This document shows, one piece after another, positions 25,107-39,930 of a stretch of 64,000 nucleotides of DNA; position 1 is the stretch's first letter, and the number at the start of each line of letters is the position of its first letter. The notes beneath the pieces were generated by a model that was not told where the DNA came from, made no database searches, and was given only the letters and a program-made list of their open reading frames with translations. The position numbers and the translations under genes were made by a program. The stretch comes from Macrostomum lignano (lineage: Eukaryota), in assembly GCA_002269645.1 (NCBI GenBank), contig NIVC01002859.1:1-64000 (forward strand), in the 5' to 3' direction.

Positions 25107-25778
25107 ATCCTCAAATCCCATGTCCTCAAATCCCATGTCCTCAAATCCTATGTTCTCAAATCCCATGTCCTCAAATCCCATGTCCTCAAATCCCATGTCC
25201 TCAAATCCCATGTCCTCAAATCCCATGTCCTCAAATCCCATGTCCTCAAATCCCATGTCCTCAAATCCCATGTCCTCAAATCCCATGTCCTCAAATCCCA
25301 TGTCCTGAAATCCCATGTCCTCAAATCCCATGTCCTCAAATCCCATGTCCTCAAATCCCATGTCCTCAAATCCCATGTCCTCAAATCCCATGTCCTCAAA
25401 TCCCATGTCCTCAAATCCCATGTCCTCAAATCCCATGTCCTCAAATCCCATGTCCTCAAATCCCATGTCCTCAAATCCCATGTCCTCAAATCCCATGTCC
25501 TCAAATCCCATGTCCTCAAATCCCATGTCCTCAAATCCCATGTCCTCAAATCCCATGTCCTCAAATCCCATGTCCTCAAATCCCATGTCCTCAAATCCCA
25601 TGTCCTCAAATCCCATGTCCTCAAATCCCATGTCCTCAAATCCCATGTCCTCAAATCCCATGTCCTCAAATCCCATGTCCTAAAATTCCATGTCCTCAAA
25701 TCCCATGTCCTCAAATCCCATGTCCTCAAATTCCATGTCCTCAAATCCCATGTCCTCAAATCCCATGTTTTCGAATCC
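25107..25778. repeat. Minisatellite, 15-bp unit, about 44 copies
   Basis: TCCTCAAATCCCATG, highly homogeneous. Confidence 0.97.
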
Positions 25779-26489
25779 CCTAGTCTGCAGACCCTCTAAG
25801 GTGCGAATCCCATGCCAGACACTCAGCTACAGCGAGCCGCCCCGCCTGTCCCAGTTTTATAGCTGGGCAGCTGCTCTTCAGACAGCAATTATCAGATTGC
25901 TCGCCTGCGGCACAGAAAGCTGGCCTGATATTTTATGACAGCTGGCTAAAGCCCGGAAACTAGGGGGGGGGGCTGAGATCCAGCTTCATCAATCACTGGG
26001 AGTCCACTCGCATTAAACTGCGATAAAAAGTCAGACTGAGCGGATTTGTGGCTGGATTTGGTGGTGCTGCATCAGTGCTGCATCAGCCCGGACTCTCCAG
26101 AGAGAATTCGATCTGCTGATGGAAGTAAAAGATTCATTTACCTGCTAGCAAAATAATTTAATGGTTCCGAAACACTGGAGTTGTCCATGATTTTATTGAC
26201 CAAAAAACTGCTAGCAACAACTCGCGACAGCCTACTGAGAGTAGAAATGTCTGCGTTTTTATCGGTTCGACACTGATTTACTTGAGTAAGGCAAGGATTG
26301 GCTGGGCGAATTCTGTTGAATTCCATAAAAAATATGGAATACCTGCTCGGGTCTTTGCGTAGCCCAGAGAGAGACAAAATTCTTATAGCAGTTTCTCGAT
26401 GCAGATGGTCGAATCTGACAGCTGTGACATCACTCACCGGCCGAGGTTGCTTGAGAAGTGAGTGAATTCCGATTAAGTCTGTTATAAGG

Positions 26490-27670
26490 TTGATGTCATA
26501 GGGTAGGGTGTCATAGGGTAGGGTGTCATAGTGTAGGGTGTCATAGTGTAGGGTGTCATAGGGTAGAGTGTCATAGGGTAGGGTGTCATAGGGTAGGGTG
26601 TCATAGTGTAGGGTGTCATAGGGTAGGGTGTCATAGGGTAGAGTGTCATAGGGTAGAGTGTCATAGGGTAGGGTGTCATAGGGTAGGGTGTCATAGTGTA
26701 GGGTGTCATAGGGTAGAGTGTCATAGGGTAGAGTGTCATAGGGTAGGGTGTCATAGTGTAGGGTGTCATAGGGTAGGGTGTCATAGTGTAGGGTGTCATA
26801 GTGTAGGGTGTCATAGTGTAGGGTGTCATAGGGTAGGGTGTCATAGTGTAGGGTGTCATAGGGTAGGGTGTCATAGTGTAGGGTGTCATAGGGTAGGGTG
26901 TCATAGTGTAGGGTGTCATAGTGTAGGGTGTCATAGTGTAGGGTGTCATAGAGTAGGGTGTCATAGGGTATAGGGTGTCATAGTGTAGGGTGTCATAGTG
27001 TAGGGTGTCATAGAGTAGGGTGTCATAGGGTATAGGGTGTCATAGTGTAGGGTGTCATAGTGTAGGGTGTCATAGGGTAGGGTGTCATAGGGTAGAGTGT
27101 CATAGGGTAGGGTGTCATAGTGTAGGGTGTCATAGGGTAGGGTGTCATAGTGTAGGGTGTCATAGTGTAGGGTGTCATAGTGTAGGGTGTCATAGGGTAG
27201 GGTGTCATAGGGTAGGGTGTCATAGTGTAGGGTGTCATAGTGTAGGGTGTCATAGGGTAGGGTGTCATAGTGTAGGGTGTCATAGTGTAGGGTGTCATAG
27301 TGTAGGGTGTCATAGAGTAGGGTGTCATAGGGTATAGGGTGTCATAGTGTAGGGTGTCATAGAGTAGGGTGTCATAGGGTATAGGGTGTCATAGTGTAGG
27401 GTGTCATAGTGTAGGGTGTCATAGTGTAGGGTGTCATAGAGTAGGGTGTCATAGGGTATAGGGTGTCATAGTGTAGGGTGTCATAGTGTAGGGTGTCATA
27501 GAGTAGGGTGTCATAGGGTATAGGGTGTCATAGTGTAGAGTGTCATAGGGTAGGGTGTCATAGTGTAGGGTGTCATAGAGTAGGGTGTCATAGGGTATAG
27601 GGTGTCATAGTGTAGGGTGTCATAGGGTATAGGGTGTCATAGTGTAGGGTGTCATAGTGTAGGGTGCCAT
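26490..27670. repeat. G-rich minisatellite, 15/16-bp unit
   Basis: GTGTCATAG(G/T)GTAGG tandem over about 1.2 kb. Confidence 0.96.
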
Positions 27671-29032
27671 AGTTTGCCGATCCCTGCTCAAGAGCTTCGT
27701 CTTCGAGCTGCACTCGACCCGGACGAACAGTTGCTCGCAAAGGTGCAGCATCGCTAGAGGCTCGGGCAGAGTCCGAGACAGTAATATCTCTTTTGTGATC
27801 GTAAAAATTTATGACCCGAGTGTGAGGAAGAATTCCATTGGAGTTGATGTGAGAGACATATTGATAGAGATGCCTCTATATTTGACTTGTAAGCTCAAAA
27901 GATGTACAAACTAAACTGAGTAAATTTGTGCCAAATAGAGTGAACCGTTCATTGGAGTCCGGAAGCTGGAGCACCCCTCGTATGAGACTCACCCAGGAAT
28001 TTTGCGTCACTTCACACCTGTCAATCACAGCTGCCAGTTGCTTGAGTTCATCCTGAATAGCCGATTCTCAATACGGAGGGCCAGGGCGATGACCTCTTAT
28101 TGCACTTTTACAGCTAAAACCTTTCTGGAGTTTCCTGGGAACAGCTGAACAATTACCTGACCGACTTTCTTATGCAATAAACTGACTTTTTAGCTCCGTT
28201 TAATAGAGCTATTTGGCTAATTGCTTCCAATTTTATTGGGGCTTCTGACTCTATGAATAGAAAATTCTAGTAAAGGGCAGTTTTGCTATAAAAATTCACG
28301 GCAAACGAAACAGAGAAAAACTTTTCAATAAAAAGGGGATTTTCTCCTCTCCAAGGCGGATGTCCTCATTTCCGAACAGGCCAATAAAATTAAAAAATCA
28401 TAGATATAATGATTAGAGATGACTGGAAGTTACAGTTTTCAGTTAGATGCTACCAATTCCAAACCGGAAGTTACTGGACAAGCCTGGTACCTGCAGTCTA
28501 GGCTTACTGGTTTTGTCTACTTTAGAACTTAGTGGATTTTCGGGATTTTCGGGTAGATTTCACTGCCACCAGGTTCCTGCTTTCCCTAATTCTGGTATTT
28601 AGATTTAAAGAATTGAGTCGGGACACCAATGAGATTTTAATAACATAAGTGTTAATAATAAGTGAACAATAATATGCTTAACGTACAAAAAAGGTTAGTT
28701 ACAGTAATTCCCCTTTTATTCCTATTTCCGTTAATTGTGCTTGGGCAAGACTCCCATTAATTCAGAGGCAAGACTCCTCTTGTGCAATTCCTATTTAGTT
28801 TCCCCTATACTTCCTTTCTCTTACCGAATTTCTTGTTGATTGGATTGTCGTAACGCAAGACGCGCATGCCAGAGATGCTTTTCCAAGAGCCCAACTGCTC
28901 TGGACTTCTAAAGGATCCCGAAGACTAGCGATTTACCCCGCTCCAGTTATTTTCCCGGGTTAAAACTACTGATAGTAGGCAAAGAGCATATTTCCCCACA
29001 ACTAGTTCCCGTTCCTTAAATAATGCCCTACT

Positions 29033-29460
29033 ACATTACCAATTCGAAAAGGGAAGCTACTCAATTCCTAACCGGAAGTTACCAATTCAAAACGGGAAGC
29101 TACTCAATTCCTAACCGGAAGTTACCAATTCAAAACGGGAAGCTACTCAATTCCTAACCGGAAGTTACCAATTCCTAACCGGAAGTTACCAATTCAAAAT
29201 GGGAAGCTACTAATTCCTAACCGGAAGCTACTAATTTCTAACCAGAAGCTACTAATTCCTAACCGGAAGCTACTAATTTCTAACCGAAAGTTACCAATTC
29301 AAAACGGGAAGCTACTAATTCCTAACCGGAAGTACCAATTCAAAACGGGAAGCTACTAATTCCCAACCGGAAGCTACTAATTCCTAACCGGAAGTACCAA
29401 TTCAAAACGGGAAGCTACTAATTCTTAACCGGAAGTTACCACTGGCAAAAACCGGAAGTT
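29033..29460. repeat. Degenerate minisatellite rich in CCGGAAG
   Basis: Alternating CTAACCGGAAG(T/C)TAC and CAAAACGGGAAGCTAC units, ending immediately before the TP53I11-like exon. Confidence 0.88.
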
Positions 29461-29467
29461 ATAAGAG

Positions 29468-31712
<2,245 letters not shown>

Positions 31713-32285
31713 TATTTCAGCTTGTAGTTTCAACTATCTGCAGCCTATAAATGCTGTTGTATATTATTTCTGGAAACTTTGGATGCTAAAACTTGGGATT
31801 GAGCAAAAAATAGCCTGCTCAGACCGAGCTTGCAGCCCAGGCTTTAAATGCTACAGCCCTCAGACCGTCATGGATATTCACGTGATATGCAATGGAATTA
31901 TTATAATTGAGACCAATTAATTAATCGCAATTAATCGATTAATGCTGTTCAAATAAAAGCATTCCTAACTAAACTACCTGTCACTTTTTCAATATTGTCC
32001 CTTCTCGATCCCCTTGGACGTTTGGCAATTCTTGTTTTCTTATCTTATACAACAACGCTCGTAACATGCATGTCGATGCACCACTCAACGATGTCCTTAA
32101 ATGACAGAATATAAACTTAATAAAACGGCATAGTTTTCCTTTAGCTCGTAAACCCATTATTTTGATGTCAATGAGCATGAAATATATTACATTAAAAACT
32201 ATTAGCAAGTGCTCTGGTGCAACACCGAGTGGCAATTGTTGACTTTTGTCGTGCAGTCAATCGGTCGATTTATCAAATAGGAGTC

Positions 32286-33895
32286 TTGCCTGTCTGCCTC
32301 CACTTCGGTGTGTCTCAGTGCCTGTCTGCCTCCACTTCGGTGTGTCTCGGTGCCTGTCTGCCTCCACTTCGGTGTGTCTCAGTGCCTGTCTGCCTCCACT
32401 TCGGTGTGTCTCGGTGCCTGTCTGCCTCCATTTCGGTGTGTCTCGGTGCCTGTCTGCCTCCACTTCGGTGTGTCTCAGTGCGTGTCTGCCTCCGCTTCGG
32501 TGTGTCTCAGTGCCTGTCTGCCTGCACTTCGGTGTGTCTCGGTGCCTGTCTGCCTCCACTTCGGTGTCTCGGTGCCTGTCTGTCTCCACTTCGGTGTCTC
32601 GGTGCCTGTCTGCCTCCACTTCGGTGTCTCGGTGCCTGTCTGCCTCCACTTCGGTGTCTCGGTGCCTGTCTGCCTCCACTTCGGTGTCTCGGTGCCTGTC
32701 TGCCTCCACTTCGGTGTCTCGGTGCCTGTCTGCCTCCATTTCGGTGTGTCTCAGTGCCTGTCTGCCTCCATTTCGGTGTGTCTCGGTGCCTGTCTGCCTC
32801 CATTTCGGTGTGTCTCGGTGCCTGTCTGCCTCCACTTCGGTGTGTCTCAGTGCGTGTCTGCCTCCGCTTCGGTGTGTCTCAGTGCCTGTCTGCCTGCACT
32901 TCGGTGTGTCTCGGTGCCTGTCTGCCTCCACTTCGGTGTCTCGGTGCCTGTCTGTCTCCACTTCGGTGTCTCGGTGCCTGTCTGCCTCCACTTCGGTGTC
33001 TCGGTGCCTGTCTGCCTCCACTTCGGTGTCTCGGTGCCTGTCTGCCTCCACTTCGGTGTCTCGGTGCCTGTCTGCCTCCACTTCGGTGTGTCTCAGTGCC
33101 TGTCTGTCTCCACTTCGGTGTGTCTCAGTGCCTGTCTGTCTCCACTTCGGTGTGTCTCAGTGCCTGTCTGTCTCCACTTCGGTGTGTCTCAGTGCGTCTG
33201 TCTGCATTTCGGTGTGTCTCGGTGCCTGTCTGTCTCCACTTCGGTGTGTCTCAGCGCCTGTCTGTCTCCACTTCGGTGTTTCTCAGTGCCTGTCTGCCTC
33301 CACTTCGGTGTGTCTCAGTGCGTCTGTCTGCATTTCGGTGTGTCTCGGTGCCTGTCTGCCTCCACTTCGGTGTGTCTCAGTGCCTGTCTGTCTCCACTTC
33401 GGTGTGTCTCAGTGCGTCTGTCTGCATTTCGGTGTGTCTCGGTGCCTGTCTGCCTCCACTTCGGTGTGTCTCAGTGCCTGTCTGTCTCCACTTCGGTGTG
33501 TCTCGGTGCCTGTCTGCCTCCACTTCGGTGTGTCTCGGTGCCTGTCCGCCTCCACTTCGGTGTGTCTCGTTGCCTGTCTGTCTCCACTTCGGTGTGTCTC
33601 AGTGCCTGTCTGCCTCCATTTCGGTGTGTCTCGGTGCCTGTCCGCCTCCACTTCGGTGTGTCTCGTTGCCTGTCCGCCTCCACTTCGGTGTGTCTCAGTG
33701 CCTGTCTGTCTCCACTTCGGTGTGTCTCGGTGCCTGTCTGCCTCCACTTCGGTGTGTCTCGGTGCCTGTCCGCCTCCACTTCGGTGTGTCTCGTTGCCTG
33801 TCTGTCTCCACTTCGGTGTGTCTCAGTGCCTGTCTGCCTCCATTTCGGTGTGTCTCGGTGCCTGTCTGCCTCCATTTCGGTGTGTCTCAGTGCCA
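32286..33895. repeat. Compound minisatellite (about 30/32-bp units)
   Basis: GTGCCTGTCTGCCTCCACTTCGGTGT(GT)CTC(A/G) tandem over 1.6 kb. Confidence 0.96.
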
Positions 33896-34289
33896 GTCTT
33901 ATCTGTGATCCCGCTGCTGGTCTGTCGAGCAAGTGCTGGTTGACCACCTATATAGATAAAATTTATCAAAACTTCAAGTCGCGAAGGAGCAGATTTAAAA
34001 CTCGCAAATCACACATTCGTACGAGCTATTAGCATCTATAACCGAATTCTGTTTACTTAAAGTAGCAATAGTGACAAATTTGAAGCAATACGAGCTAATC
34101 CGCATGCATGGCAGTACAACTATGAATCAGATAATAGCATGTAAAATGCAATAATAAGACAAATCTGCAATATGGAGCGTATTGGCTGCACACCATGAAT
34201 TCAGCAGTTAGGCACTGCGCATGCTTCACGGTTTTAAAATTCTAACTCTATCCAAATGTTCTTTGGTGATGCTGAAGAGCATCAAACTC

Positions 34290-34445
34290 GCATCCTCACA
34301 TCCGGATTCACACCCTCACATCCGGATTCACACCCTCACACCCGGATTCACACCCTCACGCATCCGGATTCACACCCTTACGCATCCGGATTCACACCCT
34401 CAGGCATCCGGATTCACACCCTCACGCATCCGGATTCACACCCGC
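34290..34445. repeat. Short 20-22-bp tandem repeat overlapping the EIF1AD stop codon
   Basis: CCGGATTCACACCCTCACGCAT, about 7 copies; the last copy encodes GVNPDA-stop on the minus strand. Confidence 0.9.
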
Positions 34446-34919
34446 GTCCAAGTCGTCCTCGCTCTCTGTATCGCTGGTCGGCGGCAGCATGTCGGCCGGC
34501 ACGCCGCCGCAGGATTCAGCGCTGGCGGCGTCGTCCGAAGCAGCTGCCGCCGCCAGCCTGGCGAGGCCTTGACGGCCAGCCAAGTCAGGCAGGAAGGCCT
34601 CCGGCCAGGCGCCATTGCGAACCAGATAGTCGATCTGATCGTTGAGCAACACGGCGGCGATCTCCGCGCGAACCCGGACGCCTTCGGCGATCGGCTCCGT
34701 GAGCACGAAGTCGCCGCGTTTGATCCACACGTGGCGCCGGAACTTAGTCGGCATGGAGGCCAGGAAGGTCTCCCCCTCGGCTGTTTGAACCTCGTGCAGA
34801 TTGTTGCCGCGAGAGGCCAACACGCGGACAACCTGCTGGCCCTTGGCCGGGTCCGGCAGACTGAAATTGTTCAGCACCTCGCGTTCCACGTGCTTCCGTT
34901 TGGTTGCTAGGGAAGTCAT
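34422..34919 (-). CDS. EIF1AD: Probable RNA-binding protein EIF1AD (eIF1A-like OB fold)
   Basis: ATKRKHV...QQVVRVLASRGNNLHEV....GETFLASMPTKFRRHVWIKRGDFVL.EPI.EG.RVRAEI is the EIF1AD signature; acidic tail; intronless CDS. Confidence 0.95.
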   Translation of the reverse strand: MTSLATKRKHVEREVLNNFSLPDPAKGQQVVRVLASRGNNLHEVQTAEGETFLASMPTKFRRHVWIKRGDFVLTEPIAEGVRVRAEIAAVLLNDQIDYLVRNGAWPEAFLPDLAGRQGLARLAAAAASDDAASAESCGGVPADMLPPTSDTESEDDLDAGVNPDA

Positions 34920-36363
34920 CGCGCTGGAGTCATGGTCGGGGAGGTTTGCACTGGGTGGGCAGAAAACGGTTTAGTGAGCCTAGCTGACCAGCCTAGGGAG
35001 ATCAAAGCTTTATTGCAAATTGATACTCAATTAGCAGATTTGGGCATTGAATAGGCTAGGAAAAGTCTGGACAAGTCCCCAAATTATTGTAACAAGATTG
35101 AGATCTAATATAGAAATGGCGTGCATAAAACAAATAATAAATCATTAATGCCACATACAGATAGTATTAGTAGACATCCTAGTGCAACACCTTTACTGTA
35201 TATATGGGACATGGGGGCTTTATTGAAGTCCCTAGGCTTAACTAAAGAAATTATATAAATTTTGATATTTTGTTGACTTGGTTTGGTATGCAAGTGTGGT
35301 AGTAGATACCAAGCAAGAAGCCATCAGCCTGCCAGAAGAAAAGGAAGCAACCAAAGAAAAAGAGTCCAATGAAGAGGCGACGCTGCAAGCAACTCTAACA
35401 GCCGACAGCAAGCTAACAGAGCTGCACAAACCAGCCCACCATTCTCATTACTTGCAAGTGTTGCCCTACACAGAGCCACCACGTACTAACTGAAGAAGAC
35501 AAGGACAGAGACAGCAGTTCAGCACTATGCCAATAAAATGGCGCAAAGAAATTCAACAATCTTTGGGCACATCAGCACCACGGCAACCAGCTGAAGTAGC
35601 GACTATGAGGACGCTATGAGCTCCAGACCCCAAGACAAGTTGCAGCAGCCAATGGCAAATCTATTACCAAATATTATCAAATCTATGCATTCTATGACCC
35701 ACCTGAAATCGAATATGATGGTCCATTAATAATGGATCTGGATGACAACAGCAACAAAGTCATTGCTCTCTTGCCAAAGAGTCTTGATGCCACAGTGTTT
35801 GCCAACCTTCCATGGATTGCTATACTGTGGACACATGAGATGAGATCTTATGACAGCTAAAGTGTACAAGAGATTCTGACAACCTGCAATAGTATGGCAG
35901 TAGTATTAAAATAGTAGTACTATTAAAACCCTACTATTTAAATGATAGCATTATTAAAAGTCTAGTAAAATGATATGATTCATTTTCTCCAAGCTGATTT
36001 TTCTAGCTGATTTCTCTAAGCATTTACTCTGGGCATTTACTCTGAGTATTTACTCTAGGCATTTACTTTGGCATTTACTCTGAGAATTTACTTTCGGCAT
36101 TTTACTCTAAGTATTCCTTCCAAGCATTTACTCTAAGCATTTACTAAAGGCATTTAATCTAGGCTAGGCCTTTCATTGGTTTAAATGTGTACATATGGGG
36201 ATGGGGAATCTGTCACAACTTGCATGCATGATTGAAGTTCATATATTCTACAGTCTATAAGCTAGGATAGGGCCATTTGAGCTGCAAGAATCTCAAGGCC
36301 AGTCAGAGTAAATACTGTTGATCATTTTCTATAATAAATTTGCTAAAAATACATTGTTAAATT

Positions 36364-37163
36364 TGGTACCAACTAAACTGTGGAAATGGATACGGATATA
36401 AAACGGATTCGCATACTCAAAATTCTGATATGGATACATATTACTATTTTGCGGAATCAATGTGGATATATATAGCAAATGCAGAAAATCTCCAGATTTA
36501 GTTCTGTCAAAACATTGATTTATATTCTGCTTTATATCTATTTAATTTTTAGATAAATTTTTCTTATTCAAATTTATTATGAAAAATGACAGAAAATTGT
36601 TGTCTCCATTTTCAAAAAACAAATCATAAGGAAATCATCAAGAGATTTACATGTTCTTTATGGAATTGGCACAAGTACATGAAAACAAGAAACTAGTCAA
36701 TCTAGACTTGAACTATCTAGTTGAACTATTTAGAATCCAAACTTAAACTTTATATACTTGGGGTCTCTGGAAATACACATGTATGTACATTGTACATACA
36801 TTTTTCTATTAGGCCTATATCTAGTAACAAAATTAACTTCAAACCTAATCAAATTTCTTTTTTTTATTATCAGTAGCATATCTCGGAGCAGCTTTACTTT
36901 TGAAAACAGAGAAAATGATTTTCTATCATTATTTCATAATAAATTTAAATGAGAACAATTTATCTAAAAATAGGGCCTAAATAGAAATAGAAATAAAGCA
37001 GATTATAAATCTATGTTATAACAGAACTAAATCTGGAGATTTTTTGCATCTACTATTTATATCCATATTGATTCTGCAAAATAGTAATCTGCATTTGTAT
37101 CCATATTTTAGTATATAAATCCGTTCTATATCTGCATCCATTTCCGCAATTTAGTTTCTACCA
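36364..37163. mobile_element. Diverged MITE/foldback element with about 180-bp imperfect TIRs
   Basis: 36364-36545 (TGGTACCAACTAAACTGTGGAAATGGATACGGATAT...AAATCTCCAGATTTAGTTCTG) is the reverse complement of about 36980-37163 (CAGAACTAAATCTGGAGATTT...CCATTTCCGCAATTTAGTTTCTACCA). Confidence 0.8.
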
Positions 37164-37337
37164 TTAAATTTTATTACCAAGAAAGCAAAAAACCAAAAAT
37201 TTCTTATATTACTAGGCAGATATTCAGTTGTTAAATTGCATTGACTAGTTTAACTTCTAAATTATATTTGGTCTAAGATGCCTAAGAGTAAGACTTATAG
37301 CTTTTATGTCTAAGTAGCAAAAAAGACACTAAATCCT

Positions 37338-37587
37338 GATATCGGTGTAGGACCAAGACCGCCACACACCAAGACCACACTTGGGGAGCTAAGGGAGAAA
37401 TTTGAATTTATGTATTATTAGATGGTGCTAGAGAGGAGATGAGTAGGTAGGAGAGCCAGCAGCAAGAAAAGAACCTATGAGAGGAATAGCAATGCTAGAA
37501 GATTGGTAGCTCCCCCTCAATACCAGTAGCCAGTAATAGCTATGGTGGTCTTGGTATGTGGCGGTCTTAGTCATGCACCCTGATATC
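37338..37587. mobile_element. Small MITE, about 250 bp, with about 42-bp TIRs
   Basis: GATATC-GGTGTAGGACCAAGACCGCCACACACCAAGACCAC ... GTGGTCTTGGTATGTGGCGGTCTTAGTCATGCACCCT-GATATC; GATATC on both sides. Confidence 0.75.
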
Positions 37588-38354
37588 TAGTCTTTTAAAA
37601 GACACTTTCAATATATTGAGATTGTCTAGAATAGACAACCTTTTTTCTTTCTCTAAATTATTTAATTTTAATTTTGACTTTTCAGGGAGTATTATCTCCT
37701 TTTTAAGATATGTATAACTTCTTTAAAAAATATTCTAGGCTATTAAATAAAAATTAACAATAAGTAGGGGGCCTAGGCCTATTGTATCAATGCGAATGAG
37801 TTTTTATTGCCTACAAGGTACTTTTTGACTCATTTTAGCACATTTATCAAAAGCAAAATGAATACATTCCAAATCTGAAAAAGTAAAAAATAGAATGTTT
37901 GCATGACATATCATCCTGGACTGCCAATGTGCCAATGAATAGAACTAACTGGAACAAGAGAGATTGGAGGAGACTACTACTAATGTTCTAACTAGATTAG
38001 CATTGGAGTTGTGATCTATGTAGCAGAACATGGTTACTTATAAAATTCAATAAATATTATTTAAAGATAAGCTAGACCTAAAGCTAGAAGGAATTTCATT
38101 ACCTGACAGGTGAATAACTAGGTCCACCACCACCAAAAGCGTCGCGCTTTCTTGTAATAGCTAGTTGCAATATACTGTGCAACACTTCACTTTGTGCAGT
38201 AAGAGTTTTTATTAGCTTTTAATTCTCTTTGAAATCTTTTTTTAAAACAACTATTTTTTCCGTCAGTGCTTTTCTTTAGGAAGTTTTGTTATAGCATTTA
38301 GCTTGGTTTATATTATAAATTTATTTACGCGCCCGAAAAGTTGCGTAACTGGTA

Positions 38355-39930
38355 CACCATTTTACCCTCGATTTTGAACAAGGAGAACTTCGAAACTGAC
38401 AAACTCCTCTTCAATATTGACACTCTATGGTCGGGCACTCAAAATCTACAATCAATATTGACAGATCAAGCTTCAATTTTGACAAACTCTGGTTCAATTT
38501 TGACAATACACGTTTAGTCAACTTCTCCTGGGAGAATTCGGTAACAAAGTAATCAAATGAAAGCCTGAACGGGGCGAAAGTTATCTGTGCAAAATCAGCT
38601 GATTCTGACTTTTGGGATCTACAAGTTTTGATAAAAAAATTTTCTCCATCCTTTTACACACAGAGACTAAAATAGCCTGACTGGTTGGGCCGCAAAGTCC
38701 GATTCTATTTTGACAGAGTTGCTTCAAAACTGACACTCTATGGTTTGTGTACCCGAAAAGTCCGCTTCATTTTTGACAACTCCTAATCAATATTGAACAG
38801 TTTACAATCAGTTTTGACTGCTACCTTATTACTTCTGTTCTTGGTTGTGTATGTTTCAGAAAAAAGCCGTAAACACGTAGCATTGTTAAAGATTCAAAAG
38901 AAGTATTGTACTTGTATTTTTAATAACACGCATTTGTTAGATTTCTAGGTTAGGTTAAGTATCTGGACATGGGCGGCGGGAGCTTGCGGCACCCCCTGCA
39001 CGATTTCATGTGCCATGGTCCTCCTCCTCTTTATCCCCAACTGATTCACCAGGTGCACAAAGTCGTCTCGGTTCTCATAAGCAGAAATCAGGCGCTGTCG
39101 GTCCTGGAAGGACACAGACCGATTTTCGTGGCGGCCATGCTGTTTCTGCTCCTCTTCAAAAAACCTTAAGTGGCGTCGCTATCAATCCTCCCGACTAAAT
39201 TGGTGCTTCAGATTAGCGATGAAAAGTGACAAACACGAGCAGAGCGAGAACTGCTTTCCTGCTCTTTTGAATTCCTCCGTGACAAGATGTGCATTCGTTG
39301 GTCTGACCAACCATCTATGATAAAAACTGAAACGTAGCCAATTAGATTCGAGGTACAGGCTGCCTCAAGACATGGACAAAAAACAAACTGCCATAGACAA
39401 AAGACTGCCTCGAAATTTCCAAGCTTAAGGGTTCTTAGTTAGAATTGTCAAAATCTTAAGCAAAAAGTCAAAACTGATTGTAAACTGTTCAATATTGATT
39501 AGGAGTTGTCAAAAATGAAGCGGACTTTTCGGGTACACAAACCATAGAGTGTCAGTTTTGAAGCAACTCTGTCAAAATAGAATCGGACTTTGCGGCCCAA
39601 CCAGTCAGGCTATTTTAGTCTCTGTGTGTAAAAGGATGGAGAAAATTTTTTTATCAAAACTTGTAGATCCCAAAAGTCAGAATCAGCTGATTTTGCACAG
39701 ATAACTTTCGCCCCGTTCAGGCTTTCATTTGATTACTTTGTTACCGAATTCTCCCAGGAGAAGTTGACTAAACGTGTATTGTCAAAATTGAACCAGAGTT
39801 TGTCAAAATTGAAGCTTGATCTGTCAATATTGATTGTAGATTTTGAGTGCCCGACCATAGAGTGTCAATATTGAAGAGGAGTTTGTCAGTTTCGAAGTTC
39901 TCCTTGTTCAAAATTGAGGGTAAAATGGTG
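38355..39930. mobile_element. Non-autonomous DNA transposon with 465-bp near-perfect TIRs
   Basis: 38355-38819 is the reverse complement of 39466-39930; by eye only one mismatch was seen, near the terminus. Ends CACC...GGTG flanked by TA on both sides. TIRs carry many repeated TTTTGACA/TATTGACA motifs. The 646-bp spacer has no transposase ORF. Confidence 0.92.

Noticed and set aside
25800-25870. Possible fragment of a related SINE (CCCAGTTTTATAGCTGGG)
   Set aside because: The match is too short to annotate.
25055-27328. ORFs of PQIPC, LKSHV and MTPY repeats
   Set aside because: Stop-free translations of 15-bp minisatellites.
26490-27670. Telomeric or interstitial telomere repeat
   Set aside because: The unit is 15 bp with TAGGG embedded, not (TTAGGG)n.
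32217-34032. ORFs of 560-575 aa in all three plus frames
   Set aside because: A compound satellite lacking stop codons; not coding.
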